A DNA stretch of 24,000 nucleotides from an uncultured Burkholderiales bacterium (GTDB lineage Bacteria; Pseudomonadota; Gammaproteobacteria; Burkholderiales; Burkholderiaceae_E): NCBI GenBank assembly GCA_902826305.1, contig CADEEH010000028.1:15952-39951 (forward strand), in the 5' to 3' direction. The notes under the pieces are model-generated. The model was not told the DNA's origin. It did not search any database and saw only the letters and a program-made list of their open reading frames with translations. Shown piece by piece: positions 7,963 to 17,002 of this stretch. A program made the translations under genes and the position numbers. Each line of letters opens with the position of its first letter. Positions within the stretch are counted from its first letter, which is position 1.

Positions 7963-8134
7963 ATCCCCGGGCGCGACCGCGAGGTCGTGTCGAAATTCTT
8001 TGCGTTGTATGCCCGCCGCCCCGTGTGATCCGTCACGGCGGGTCGGTCCGGCCGCCGCCAGAATCGCCTGACTGCCGACAAGCGGCGGGTTTCCAGGTAC
8101 ATTCGGCGCGTAGCGGCCGACGAGCGGAGCGGTG

Positions 8135-8446
8135 ATGAAGAATTTCGATTTCGACGAATGGGCCAACCTCTACAAGCGTGATCCGCGCGCCTTCGAGGCC
8201 CGACGTCAGGCCATGCTCGCGATCGAACTGGCCAAAGGCGGCAAGTCCGCCGAGCAGGCTCGCATCGCGCTGCGCCGGCTGGAGAAACAGGTCGCCGGCC
8301 AGAGCGACACCGATCGCATCCAGACCTCGCTGATGTGGATGATCGCCTCGCTGCGCCAGTTGAACCAGCGGATGGACCAGCTCGCCGCCGAGATGTCCAC
8401 CGTCCACCGCCGCCCCGACAGCACCAACGGCCAGCAGCCCGGCTGA
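8135..8446 (+). CDS. DUF3135-like small protein
   Basis: 103 aa from ATG 8135 (GTG 8132 is also possible). FDFDEWANLYKRDPRAFEARRQAML and a later helical LRRLEKQV...LMWMIASLRQLNQRM resemble DUF3135 proteins as I recall them. GGAG lies 5 nt upstream. Confidence 0.55.
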   Translation: MKNFDFDEWANLYKRDPRAFEARRQAMLAIELAKGGKSAEQARIALRRLEKQVAGQSDTDRIQTSLMWMIASLRQLNQRMDQLAAEMSTVHRRPDSTNGQQPG

Positions 8447-8462
8447 ACGGGCCGACCGCCCG

Positions 8463-9911
8463 CTACGGGCGCATGAACCCGAGGTTGGTCGCACTCGTGT
8501 AGTTCGGCTGCACCGGCGCACCGCTGAAGTTCGCCAGGTTCGGCAGCACCAGGCCGAGCTGCGCATCCGACAGTCCGAACCAGCGCGCGAGTGTGGCCGC
8601 GTACTGGTCGACCGCCACACCGGGCAACAAGCGTCCCTGGCCGACGTCGTCGGCGGTGTTCACGCCGATCAGCGGGAAGCGGCCGTAGACGTCACCGCCC
8701 CTGACCGCCCCGCCGACGACGAAGTGATGGCCGCCCCAGCCGTGATCGGTCCCGTCGCCGTTGCTGGTCAGCGTGCGCCCGAAGTCCGAGCCGGTGAACA
8801 GCGTCACCTTGTCCAGCGCATCGACCGAAGGGCTCGCCATCAGCCGGTCGAAATAGGCGAGCGCCTGACCGAGCCGGGTCATCAGGTCGCCGTGGTTGCG
8901 GTTCTGCGCATCGTGGGTGTCGAATCCGCCGAGCGAGACGAAGAACACCTGGCGACGCGCCGACAGCGCGCTGCGCCCGCCGATGATCCTCGCCACCGTC
9001 AGCAACTGCGCGGCCAATGAATTGGCCTGGGTGGTGCCGGGCACGACCGGCACCGCTTCCAGCGACGCCGCCGGCAGCATCGCCGCGTTGAGCTGGGCCT
9101 GGGCATCGATCGATCGCGCGGTGATGCGCGAGTATTCCTTCTCGAACAGGTTGACACGGTCCGCGGTCAGGATCGAGCGCAGCGCCGCCGGCGCCGACGA
9201 CGAACCGAACAACGTGCCGGTCAGCCCGCCGATCGCGGTCGCGCCGTTGGCCGACACCTGGTATTGGACCGCACTCTGGCCGGCGAGCCAGACCGCGTTG
9301 CCGGCCGCCGAGATGCAGGTGAACGTGCTCTGCCCGTTGCCGGCGGCGAACAGGTCGCCGATGCGTCCGCCCCAGCCGACCCGCGCGCCCTCGGGCTCGT
9401 AGGACTGCCAGGTCGACGACTGGTCGTTGTGCGAGAACAGCTGCCGCGGCAGGCGCACGGTGCGGCGATCGTACTGGTCCTTGGTCGTCGGCTCGACCAG
9501 CGTGCCGACGTTGGCGATCACCGCCGCGCGACCGGCATCGAACAGGGTCTTGATCTCCGACAGGTTCGGGTGCAGTGCGAACTCGCGCCCGCTCTGCGGG
9601 GTGCTCGCCACGATCGGCAACACGCCCCCGGTGGCACCGGGGGCGGCGAGTGCGATCGGATCAGGCGGGGTGGCGCGATAGCGGGTGTATTCGGCCCAGG
9701 ACGCGGCGTCGGTGGCCAGCACGGTGTTGCCCTGGTCGTTGCCGCCGAACATGAACAGGCAGACCAGCGCACGATAGTCGCTGGCGCTCTGCGCGGCGGC
9801 CGCGCCCACCGCCGCGAGGTTGATCGCGAACGGTGTCGCCGTGGACGCCGTCGCCGAGATCAGCGAGGCGGCGCGCAGGAACCGGCGGCGGGAAGGATCG
9901 GGACGTGTCAT
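8463..9911 (-). CDS. DUF1501 family protein (sulfatase/alkaline-phosphatase-like fold), Tat-exported
   Basis: 482 aa. Twin-arginine signal PSRRRFLRAASL, then ALVCLFMFGGNDQGNT, SLGGFDTHD and GDGTDHGWGGHHFVVGGAVRGGDVYGRFP, all typical of DUF1501. GAGGAAAG RBS lies in the 19-nt gap after the upstream gene. Confidence 0.85.
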   Translation of the reverse strand: MTRPDPSRRRFLRAASLISATASTATPFAINLAAVGAAAAQSASDYRALVCLFMFGGNDQGNTVLATDAASWAEYTRYRATPPDPIALAAPGATGGVLPIVASTPQSGREFALHPNLSEIKTLFDAGRAAVIANVGTLVEPTTKDQYDRRTVRLPRQLFSHNDQSSTWQSYEPEGARVGWGGRIGDLFAAGNGQSTFTCISAAGNAVWLAGQSAVQYQVSANGATAIGGLTGTLFGSSSAPAALRSILTADRVNLFEKEYSRITARSIDAQAQLNAAMLPAASLEAVPVVPGTTQANSLAAQLLTVARIIGGRSALSARRQVFFVSLGGFDTHDAQNRNHGDLMTRLGQALAYFDRLMASPSVDALDKVTLFTGSDFGRTLTSNGDGTDHGWGGHHFVVGGAVRGGDVYGRFPLIGVNTADDVGQGRLLPGVAVDQYAATLARWFGLSDAQLGLVLPNLANFSGAPVQPNYTSATNLGFMRP

Positions 9912-9930
9912 CGCAGGCTTTCCTCGCGGA

Positions 9931-11670
9931 CTACTTCTGCACCAGGTATTCGGGACTGGCCATCGTCAGGAAGATCGCCAGCAGCACCCGGTTGCGGCGC
10001 GCGGTCGGCGCGGCGGTGCCCGAGGTCGGGATCGTCACCGAGGCGACCGCGTCGCGGATCGTCCCGTACAGCGCGTTGGGCATCGCGCCGTTCATCAGCA
10101 GCAGGTTGATCCGGTCGACGAGCCGGGCCGGATCACCGGCGAGCTCCAGTTCGGCCGTGTAGTCCGGCTGCACGTCGCGTGGCGAGCCGCTGCCGAATCC
10201 GCGATCGACCGCAACGCGCATCGTGTTGACATAGCCGGCAACCGAGGTCTCGTGGGTGATCTGCAGTTCGGGTGCGACCAGGCCGGCATCACCGATCGGT
10301 GTCCCCGGCGGCACGTAGCCCGGACGGTAGAAGTTGAACACCGACGGCGAGCGCATCGCGGTCTGGCCGAGGCTGCCGGCCGCGTCGTCGGTGCTGCCGA
10401 TCAGGAAACGGCCCGAGGTCGACTTCGCACCGAACACACGCATCCATTGCGCCATCCGCGCGATCGGCTCGCGCAGCCTGCCGTGTTTCGGATCGGCCGC
10501 AGCCAGCGGATCACGTGCCTCCGGGTCCATCAGCACCGCGGTGATGACGGCACGCATGTCGCCGCGCACGCCATTGCCGTTGTTGGCGAACGCGGCGGCG
10601 ACCCGGCGCACGTACGCCGGACTCGGGTTGCTGGTGACCAGGCGCTGGATCAGCTGCTTGCCGATGAAGGGCCCCACGTTCGGGTGGTTGAACAGGTGGT
10701 CGAGCGCCGCGCGCAGGCTCGCCTGCGGGTCGGCACCGCCCTGCGCACCGATCGTCGTGCCGAGGAACGACTTGGCGGCGGTCGAGTGGAATTTCGGATA
10801 CGACTGCATCCGTGTCACCGCACGCTCCGGATCGGGCGAGCCGCCGTAGAAGCGCGAGTCGCTCTTGTCGGGTCCGGCCCAGCTCCAGCCGGTGAACACC
10901 TTCGCCAGTCCGGTCACGTCGTCGTTGCCGTAGGTCGGTATCGGCTCGCGACGCGTGTCGAGCCTGACCGTGCCGTCGGACTCGAGCTGGTAGAGCCCGA
11001 TCGTGAACAGCTGCATCACCTCGCGTGCGTAGTTCTCGTCCGGCACCCGGCCGCGCGCCGGATCTTCCTTCTGGTTGCGCAGGTGCGACAGGTAGAGCCC
11101 CATCATCGGATGCAGCGACACCTCCTCGAGCAGCGTGCGGAAGTTGCCGAACGCGTTGCGGCCGAGTGTGTCCATGTAGCTGGCCACGCCGCGCGCGTGG
11201 TTGCCGACGTTGCTGTCGACCAGCGAGACGACGAAGATCTGGGACAGGGCGAACGCGACCCGCTGGCGCAGCGGGTCGTCACCGGCGACCGCGCCCTGCC
11301 AGAACGATTCGTAGACCCAGTTGTGCTGGTTGGTCGACTGCCCCGCCAGCGCCGCCGCCGCGGCCTGTGAATCGAAGTAGGCCTGATGGCCGCCGGGCGC
11401 GCCGCGGCTGAACTGGTCACCGAACCAGGCCGCATAACCCATCGAGGACAACGACTTGATCTCGGTCGCGGTGCCGCCGAAGGTGGCCTTGGCGAGGAAA
11501 CGTGCGGCCTCGGTCTCGGTCGGCGGCGGCACCGCCGTCAGGCTGTCACCGACCGGTGAACCGGTGCCGGGAGCGCCGTCGCCGTTGCCACCGCCGGCAC
11601 CACACGCGGCCAGCGCGAGCACCACCGTCGCCACGAGCGCGTGCCGCGCCCATCGCCGTATCGAGTCCAT
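9931..11670 (-). CDS. DUF1800 family protein, probable lipoprotein
   Basis: 579 aa. Signal with lipobox VLALAA-C and a Gly-rich linker. AARFLAKATFGGTATEIKSL, SLHPMMGLYLSHLRNQK and ENYAREVMQLFTIG resemble DUF1800. It is in the usual pairing upstream of DUF1501. Confidence 0.85.
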   Translation of the reverse strand: MDSIRRWARHALVATVVLALAACGAGGGNGDGAPGTGSPVGDSLTAVPPPTETEAARFLAKATFGGTATEIKSLSSMGYAAWFGDQFSRGAPGGHQAYFDSQAAAAALAGQSTNQHNWVYESFWQGAVAGDDPLRQRVAFALSQIFVVSLVDSNVGNHARGVASYMDTLGRNAFGNFRTLLEEVSLHPMMGLYLSHLRNQKEDPARGRVPDENYAREVMQLFTIGLYQLESDGTVRLDTRREPIPTYGNDDVTGLAKVFTGWSWAGPDKSDSRFYGGSPDPERAVTRMQSYPKFHSTAAKSFLGTTIGAQGGADPQASLRAALDHLFNHPNVGPFIGKQLIQRLVTSNPSPAYVRRVAAAFANNGNGVRGDMRAVITAVLMDPEARDPLAAADPKHGRLREPIARMAQWMRVFGAKSTSGRFLIGSTDDAAGSLGQTAMRSPSVFNFYRPGYVPPGTPIGDAGLVAPELQITHETSVAGYVNTMRVAVDRGFGSGSPRDVQPDYTAELELAGDPARLVDRINLLLMNGAMPNALYGTIRDAVASVTIPTSGTAAPTARRNRVLLAIFLTMASPEYLVQK

Positions 11671-11713
11671 TGTCGCGTTCCATCGGACCCTGGCTCGATG
11701 GTTGTGGTCTACG

Positions 11714-11731
11714 CCCGTGATCGATCACGGG
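11714..11731. promoter_or_regulatory. 18-bp perfect palindrome CCCGTGATCGATCACGGG (candidate operator)
   Basis: Every position is self-complementary. It is centred about 52 nt upstream of the DUF1800 ATG (11670, - strand) and 132 nt downstream of the ROK gene stop. Confidence 0.35.
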
Positions 11732-11862
11732 TCGAACCGCGCGACGGGTTGCGGCTATCGAGGCGCGGTTGCGGCAACGATAGGCCAGACGAGGGGCCGC
11801 CGGCCATGGGACAGGCGATCGGCGGTGGCCGCGGCGGGACGGCCGGGTCGGCGGCCGGCCGA

Positions 11863-13092
11863 TCAGTCCTCGACTTTCAGGAACAGCTCGCGGTCCGGCG
11901 CGAAATTCGCGTACAGCGGCAGCAGCGCACCGCCGAGCGCGCGTGCGTCCGAGCCGATGCTGCCCGCGTGCAAAGCGGGCCGGGTCACACCTTCCCAGCT
12001 GTAGCGGCCCAGCGCCGCGTCAGTGGCCTGCAGCAGCGTGGCGAGCAACGGCCGGCTGAACGAACCGTCCACGATCACACCCTCCAGGTCGAGCAGGCAG
12101 GCAGCGCTGTCGATCGCGTGGGCGATCGCAACCGAAGCCTCGCCGATCCACGCCTGCGTGTGGGCCAGCCACGGCGCACTCATCGCCCGTTCGTCCCCGG
12201 CGGCAGCGACATCGAGTCCACCGGCCGCATAACGGCGCTCCAGATCGAGCAGCGAGGCGATGCTGAGCAGTTGTGCCGGCGGCGGACCGGGCCGGTCGCC
12301 GGCGAGCCACAACGGCAGCGAACCGATCGCGCCCGCGTTGCCGTTGAGCCCGCTGCGCAGGCGACTGTCGAGCACCAGCCCGCCGCCGATGAACGTGTCG
12401 ACGAACACGTAGAGAAAGCTGCGGATGCTGCGCCCGCGGCCGGCGACCAGTTCCGCGACGCAGGCGGCCGCGGTGTCCTTGATCAGATCGACCGGCAGCT
12501 TCGTCAGCGCGGCGACCTCGGCCTGCAGGTCGATCCGGTTCCAGCGTTCGCCGATCCGCTCCGGGAAGCCGAGCAGCTGCTGCCAGCCGCCCATCATCAG
12601 CGGCGCGGCGATCCCGATGCCCTGCACCCGTTCGCGCTGCCCGGGCCCCAGCGAGCGGCGGATCTCCTTGAGCCGCCGATCGATCTCGGCCAGCACGATG
12701 TCCGGATCGGCGAATCGATAGGCCAGGGTGAACCGCTTGCGCGACCGGCCGGTGAAGTCGACCAGGACCACGTCCATGCTGCGCCGGCCGACCTTGATGC
12801 CGATCGCAAACGCACCGTCCGGTGCCAGCGACAGCGGCACCGACGGTTGCCCCACCTTGCCGCGCACCGGCTCGCCGCGCGCAAGCAGGCCGTCGTCGAC
12901 CAGCCGCTTGGTGATCGACGACACCGTCTGCGCGGTGAGCCGGGTCACCCGGGCGATCTCCGCCGCCGGCAACGCCCCATGCAGCCGGATCGCCTGGAGG
13001 ACGACGCGCTCGTTGTACTGCCGCAGCCCGCCCTGGCTCGACCCCCGCGGCTGCAGCTTCGGCGCCGCGGCCTGCGTGTCGCGCGCGTTCAC
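11863..13092 (-). CDS. ROK-family transcriptional regulator (FrcR/NagC/Mlc-like)
   Basis: 409 aa from GTG 13092, which overlaps the ATPase stop (GTGA). N-terminal wHTH RQYNERVVLQAIRLHGALPAAEIARVTRLTAQTVSSITKRLVDDGLL is followed by a ROK sugar-kinase-like fold (AIGIKVGRRSMDVVLVDFTG, GSGLNGNAGAIGS). The listed ORF extension to 13404 overlaps the ATPase gene and is not family-like. Confidence 0.8.
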   Translation of the reverse strand: MNARDTQAAAPKLQPRGSSQGGLRQYNERVVLQAIRLHGALPAAEIARVTRLTAQTVSSITKRLVDDGLLARGEPVRGKVGQPSVPLSLAPDGAFAIGIKVGRRSMDVVLVDFTGRSRKRFTLAYRFADPDIVLAEIDRRLKEIRRSLGPGQRERVQGIGIAAPLMMGGWQQLLGFPERIGERWNRIDLQAEVAALTKLPVDLIKDTAAACVAELVAGRGRSIRSFLYVFVDTFIGGGLVLDSRLRSGLNGNAGAIGSLPLWLAGDRPGPPPAQLLSIASLLDLERRYAAGGLDVAAAGDERAMSAPWLAHTQAWIGEASVAIAHAIDSAACLLDLEGVIVDGSFSRPLLATLLQATDAALGRYSWEGVTRPALHAGSIGSDARALGGALLPLYANFAPDRELFLKVED

Positions 13093-13883
13093 GCCAGGCA
13101 CTCGGCCGGGATGTCCTCGGGACGCATCGCGCCGGTCATCACCGCGACCGTGTCGCTCATGCCGATCCGCTTCGGATCGAGCACGGCGGCGCGCTTGCCG
13201 AGGCGTGCGACATGGATCCGGTCGGCCACCTCGAACACATGGGGCATGTTGTGCGAGATCAGCACGACCGGCAGGCCCTTGTCGCGCACGCGTCGGATCA
13301 GTTCGAGCACCATGTTGCCTTCCTTGACGCCGAGCGCCGCGGTCGGCTCGTCCATGATGACCACGTGCCGGGCGAACGCGGCCGCACGGGCGACCGCGAC
13401 ACATTGCCGCTGGCCACCGGACAGCGTCTCCACCGGCTGTGTCATCGACCGGATGCCCACCTTCAGGTCCTTCATCCGTTCGACGCTGATCTCGAGCATC
13501 CGCTTCTTGTCCAGCATCCGCAGCAGGCTTCCCGCGATCCCGGGCCGGCGCAACTCGCGGCCGAGGAACAGATTCTCGGCGATGCTCATCGCCGGCGCCA
13601 CCGCGAGGTCCTGGTAGACCGTCTCGATTCCGGCGCGCCGCGCCTCGATCGGCGATCGGAAATGGACCGGCGCGCCGTCGAGCAGGATCTCGCCGGCATC
13701 GGGCACCGTCGCCCCGGACAGAGCCTTGATCAGCGAGGACTTGCCGGCGCCGTTGTCACCGATCACCGCCAGGATCTCGCCCGCCCTCAACTCGAAATCC
13801 GCGCCGTCCAGTGCGGTCACCTGCCCGTAGCGCTTGACCAGCCCCCTGGCCTGCATCACCAACGGCTTCGATTCGATTGTCAT
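13089..13883 (-). CDS. frcA: Sugar ABC transporter ATP-binding protein, single nucleotide-binding domain (FrcA-like)
   Basis: 264 aa. Walker A GDNGAGKSSL, signature LSGGQRQ, Walker B VVIMDEPTAAL, H-loop ISHN. A single short NBD next to a ribose-type permease matches the FrcA architecture. The symbol is by analogy only. Confidence 0.85.
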   Translation of the reverse strand: MTIESKPLVMQARGLVKRYGQVTALDGADFELRAGEILAVIGDNGAGKSSLIKALSGATVPDAGEILLDGAPVHFRSPIEARRAGIETVYQDLAVAPAMSIAENLFLGRELRRPGIAGSLLRMLDKKRMLEISVERMKDLKVGIRSMTQPVETLSGGQRQCVAVARAAAFARHVVIMDEPTAALGVKEGNMVLELIRRVRDKGLPVVLISHNMPHVFEVADRIHVARLGKRAAVLDPKRIGMSDTVAVMTGAMRPEDIPAECLA

Positions 13884-14830
13884 CGTCCCCTCCGATGCGA
13901 CAACTGGTCGGTGGCGACCGCCAGGATCACCAGGATTCCCGTGACCAGCACCTGGTAGATCGACGACACACCCATCAGGGTCAGCCCGTTCCTGAACACA
14001 CCGACGATCAGCGCGCCGATCAGCGAACCGAGCACGATGCCGCGCCCGCCGAACAGGCTGGTGCCCCCCAGCACGACCGCGGTGATCGCATCCAGGTTCT
14101 CGGTCTGGCCGGCGTTCGGATCACCGACACCGGTGCGGGCCACGCTGAGCAGCGAGGCGATGCCGTAGAGCAGGCCGGCGACCACGTACACCGAGAGCAG
14201 CACCCGCTGCGTCGGGATCCCCACCAGTCGCGTCGCCTCGGCGTTGTTGCCGACCGCGTAGACATGGCGGCCGGAGGCGGTGTCGCGAAGGATGAACCAG
14301 GCCAGCGCGTACAACGCCAGCATCAGCACCGTGCCCCAGGCAACCGCCGTCCCGCCGATCGTGAACGTGTTGCCCAGCCCGGTCAGCATGTCCGGCAGGT
14401 CGGTCACCGTCTGCGAGTTGGAATACAACTGCGTGATCGCGAACGCGATGTTCAGCGTGCCGAGCGTGACGATGAACGACGGCAGCTTGACCTTGGTCAC
14501 CAGCAACCCGTTCACCAGCCCGAACAGGGTCGTCACGGCAAGCCCGCACAGGACAGCCAGCAACGGCGGCATGCCCAGGTCGGTGGCGAACTTGGTCATC
14601 ACGATGCCGCCCAGCGCCATCACCATGCCGCAGCTCAGGTCGATGCCGGCGGTGAGGATCACCAGCGTCTGGCCGATCGCGATCACGCCGACCACCGTCA
14701 CCTGCTGCAGGATCAGCGAGAGATTGCCACCGGTCAGGAAGCGGTCGCTCTGCGTCGCGAAGAACGCGCAGGCGACCAGCAGCGCCAGCAGCGGGCCGAG
14801 TGTGGCCAGCGGGGGTAGCTTGTCCTTCAC
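13880..14830 (-). CDS. frcC: Sugar ABC transporter permease (RbsC/AraH family; FrcC-like)
   Basis: 316 aa, polytopic. The family-typical VLGGTSLFGGRGIVLGSLIGALIV is present. GTG start 14830 lies 3 nt after the binding-protein stop, with AGGAAA upstream. Its stop overlaps the ATPase ATG (ATGA). Confidence 0.85.
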   Translation of the reverse strand: MKDKLPPLATLGPLLALLVACAFFATQSDRFLTGGNLSLILQQVTVVGVIAIGQTLVILTAGIDLSCGMVMALGGIVMTKFATDLGMPPLLAVLCGLAVTTLFGLVNGLLVTKVKLPSFIVTLGTLNIAFAITQLYSNSQTVTDLPDMLTGLGNTFTIGGTAVAWGTVLMLALYALAWFILRDTASGRHVYAVGNNAEATRLVGIPTQRVLLSVYVVAGLLYGIASLLSVARTGVGDPNAGQTENLDAITAVVLGGTSLFGGRGIVLGSLIGALIVGVFRNGLTLMGVSSIYQVLVTGILVILAVATDQLSHRRGR

Positions 14831-14833
14831 GGT

Positions 14834-15829
14834 TTATTTCCTGCCCCAGCACAACGCCATCCCGGCCGCGACGTCCTTGCTGTCGACGCCGGGCGCGGGA
14901 CTGGCCGCGATCAGCATCACGCCGGTGTCGGTGTAGCCGGCGACCTTCTTGCCGCTGGCCGCGTAGTCGATGCCGGCCTCGACACCCATCGCCGCCATCT
15001 TCAGCGGGTACTGCTGCGAGGTCGCGGCGATCTTGCCGTCGCCGACGTCCTTGACGCCCTGGCAGCCGCCGTCGACGCTGACGATGACTACGCCCTTCTC
15101 CTTGCCGGCCTTCTTCAGTGCGTTGAACGCGCCGGCCGCGGCCGGCTCGTTGATCGTGTAGACGACGTTGACCTCGGGGGCACGTTGCAGACAGTTCTCC
15201 ATCGCGGTCTGGCCCTTGGCCTGGTCGCCGAAGCTGTCGGCCATGCAGACGATCGCGGCATCCTTGCCGAGTTCGTTGCTGCGTGCATCCGGTGCCGGCA
15301 GGCCGAACCCTTTCAGGAAGCCGTTGTGGCGCTGCGCACCGACCGGGTGGCCCGGGAAGAGATCGAGGGTGACGATCTTCGCCGGCTTGTCGCCGAGGGC
15401 GACCTTGGCGTAGCGACCGACCAGCACACCGGCCTGGTAGTTGTCGGTGGCGAACAGCGCATCGGTCGCGTCGGCCGGGTCGGTCGGGCTGTCCAGTGCG
15501 ATCACCATCACACCCTTGTCGCGGGCGCGCCTGATCGCCGGCACGATCGCCTTGCTGTCGCTGGGCGTGATCAGGATCGTCTTCGCACCCGCGGCGATCA
15601 TGTTCTCGATCGCGGTGACCTGACCGGCGTTGTCGCCGTCGGTCTTGCCGGCCGCGGTCAGCAGTCGTGCGCCCTTGGCCTTCGCGGCTTCGGCGGCGCC
15701 TTCCTTCATCTTGACGAAGAACGGATTGGTCTCGGTCTTGGTGATCAGGCCGATCACCGGTTGCGATTGCGCGAGCGCGAATCCGCAGCCTGTGGTCAGC
15801 AGCAGCGCGAGAACGGGCTTGGCCGTCAT
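14834..15829 (-). CDS. frcB: Sugar ABC transporter periplasmic binding protein (type I PBP; FrcB-like)
   Basis: 331 aa. Signal peptide MTAKPVLALLLTTGCGFALA-QS is followed by IGLITKTETNPFFVKMKEGA, typical of fructose/ribose-type binding proteins. Strong GGAGGAGA RBS at 15834-15841 (complement). Confidence 0.85.
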   Translation of the reverse strand: MTAKPVLALLLTTGCGFALAQSQPVIGLITKTETNPFFVKMKEGAAEAAKAKGARLLTAAGKTDGDNAGQVTAIENMIAAGAKTILITPSDSKAIVPAIRRARDKGVMVIALDSPTDPADATDALFATDNYQAGVLVGRYAKVALGDKPAKIVTLDLFPGHPVGAQRHNGFLKGFGLPAPDARSNELGKDAAIVCMADSFGDQAKGQTAMENCLQRAPEVNVVYTINEPAAAGAFNALKKAGKEKGVVIVSVDGGCQGVKDVGDGKIAATSQQYPLKMAAMGVEAGIDYAASGKKVAGYTDTGVMLIAASPAPGVDSKDVAAGMALCWGRK

Positions 15830-15918
15830 GGTGTCTCCTCCGAGGCGTCAGCGTTGAACTTGGGGCTTCGATCGGGGCGGAACGCGCGGCCATAGGCGCC
15901 GCGTCGTCCATGGAGTGG

Positions 15919-15947
15919 ATTGTGGGCTGCTCGTATTAATAAGTCAA
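15919..15947 (-). promoter_or_regulatory. Candidate sigma70 promoter for the frcB operon
   Basis: On the - strand: TTGACT (complement of 15942-15947), 17-nt spacer, CACAAT (complement of 15919-15924). It lies within the only strongly AT-rich patch of the 191-nt divergent region. Confidence 0.35.
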
Positions 15948-15960
15948 GCGGCTTTATTTA

Positions 15961-15989
15961 TTGACCGGCGATGGCGCGCGTGGTGTGAT
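15961..15989 (+). promoter_or_regulatory. Candidate sigma70 promoter for the PfkB kinase gene
   Basis: TTGACC (15961-15966), 17-nt spacer, TGTGAT (15984-15989). GGAGG RBS at 16011-16015 lies 5 nt before the ATG. The two -35 boxes sit back-to-back, 13 nt apart. Confidence 0.35.
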
Positions 15990-16020
15990 GACGATCGCGA
16001 CAACCTGAGCGGAGGCACCG

Positions 16021-16956
16021 ATGTTCGTCGTCTGTGGAGAAGCATTGATGGACGTCTTCGCGGCCGGACAGACCGCCACCGGCCTGATGCTCGATGCACG
16101 CATCGGGGGTTCCCCGTTCAATGTCGCCGTCGGCCTCGCCCGCCTCGACCAGCCGGTGTCGTTCCTCGGCGCGCTCTCGACCGGCTTTCTCGGCGACCGG
16201 CTGCACCGGGCGCTCGAAGCCGAAGGCGTGAACACCGGCTGCATCGAACGCGTCGACGCCCCGGCCACGCTGGGCCTGGTCGGCCTCGATGCCGCCGGGC
16301 AACCGTCGTATGCGTTCTACGGCGCCGGTGCCGCCGACCGGCGACTCTCGCCGGCCGCGCTGACCCGGGTTCCGGCCACCACGCGTGCCCTCCACTTCGG
16401 TTCGTATGCGATGGTCGTCGAGCCGATCGCCTCGACGCTGAGAATCCTGGTCGAACAACGGGGAGCCGACACGCTGGTCAGCTACGACCCGAACATCCGG
16501 CTCAACGTCGAGCCCGACCTCGGGCGCTGGCGCGACGCACTCGACTGGATGGCGCAACGGGCGGACGTGCTGAAGGTCAGCGCCGAAGATCTTCAGATGT
16601 TGCATGGCGGCCGGCCGCACGAGGAACTGGTGCACGAATGGCTCGCAGCGGGTGTCGCGCTGGTGGTGATCACCCACGGCGCCGGTGGCGCGCGCGGATG
16701 GACCCCGCGTCACCAGACACTCGTCACCCCCCCGGCGATCGATGTTGTCGACACGGTCGGTGCCGGGGACACGTTCCAGGCGGCGTTGCTGGCCGGATTG
16801 GCCGAGCGGGGCACAGGCACGGCGCAGTCGATCGCCTCGCTCGACCAGGACACGCTCTACGAGCTGCTCCGGTTCGCCACCGCCGCGGCTGCGATCACCT
16901 GCTCGCGGCGCGGGGCGGACATGCCGCGGCGCGCGGAACTGCCGGGCCCGGCCTGA
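16021..16956 (+). CDS. PfkB-family carbohydrate kinase (fructokinase-like)
   Basis: 311 aa. GGSPFNVAVGLARLD (PfkB signature 1 region) and DTVGAGDTFQAALLAGL (signature 2). It is divergent from a fructose-type ABC operon. Confidence 0.85.
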   Translation: MFVVCGEALMDVFAAGQTATGLMLDARIGGSPFNVAVGLARLDQPVSFLGALSTGFLGDRLHRALEAEGVNTGCIERVDAPATLGLVGLDAAGQPSYAFYGAGAADRRLSPAALTRVPATTRALHFGSYAMVVEPIASTLRILVEQRGADTLVSYDPNIRLNVEPDLGRWRDALDWMAQRADVLKVSAEDLQMLHGGRPHEELVHEWLAAGVALVVITHGAGGARGWTPRHQTLVTPPAIDVVDTVGAGDTFQAALLAGLAERGTGTAQSIASLDQDTLYELLRFATAAAAITCSRRGADMPRRAELPGPA

Positions 16957-17002
16957 GCATCGCCAACGAACGATCGGGACGAGCGGCCGCGTCGAAGCCG
17001 GT

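Noticed and set aside
7971-8030. Possible terminator (CGACC-GCGA-GGTCG) and promoter (TTGCGT ... TGTGAT) between the holin-like gene and the DUF3135 gene
   Set aside because: The stem is only 5 perfect bp and the T-rich stretch is not adjacent. The promoter hexamers are weak. This is not strong enough to report as a feature.
5004-8166. - strand ORFs 5004..6011 (335 aa), 6385..7341 (318 aa) and 7426..8166 (246 aa)
   Set aside because: They are antisense to prmC, ubiX/usp and the holin-like gene respectively. Composition is biased (Arg/Gly/Asp/Pro) and no motifs are present.
9820-13617. + strand ORFs 9820..11370 (516 aa) and 11641..13617 (658 aa)
   Set aside because: They are antisense to the DUF1800, ROK and ATPase genes, which all carry clear family motifs. 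The translations are Arg-rich low-complexity sequence.
14121-15911. 596-aa - strand ORF overlapping the permease and binding-protein genes in another frame
   Set aside because: It is on the same strand but off-frame relative to two genes with strong family signatures. The product is an Arg/Gly/Asp/Pro-rich string.
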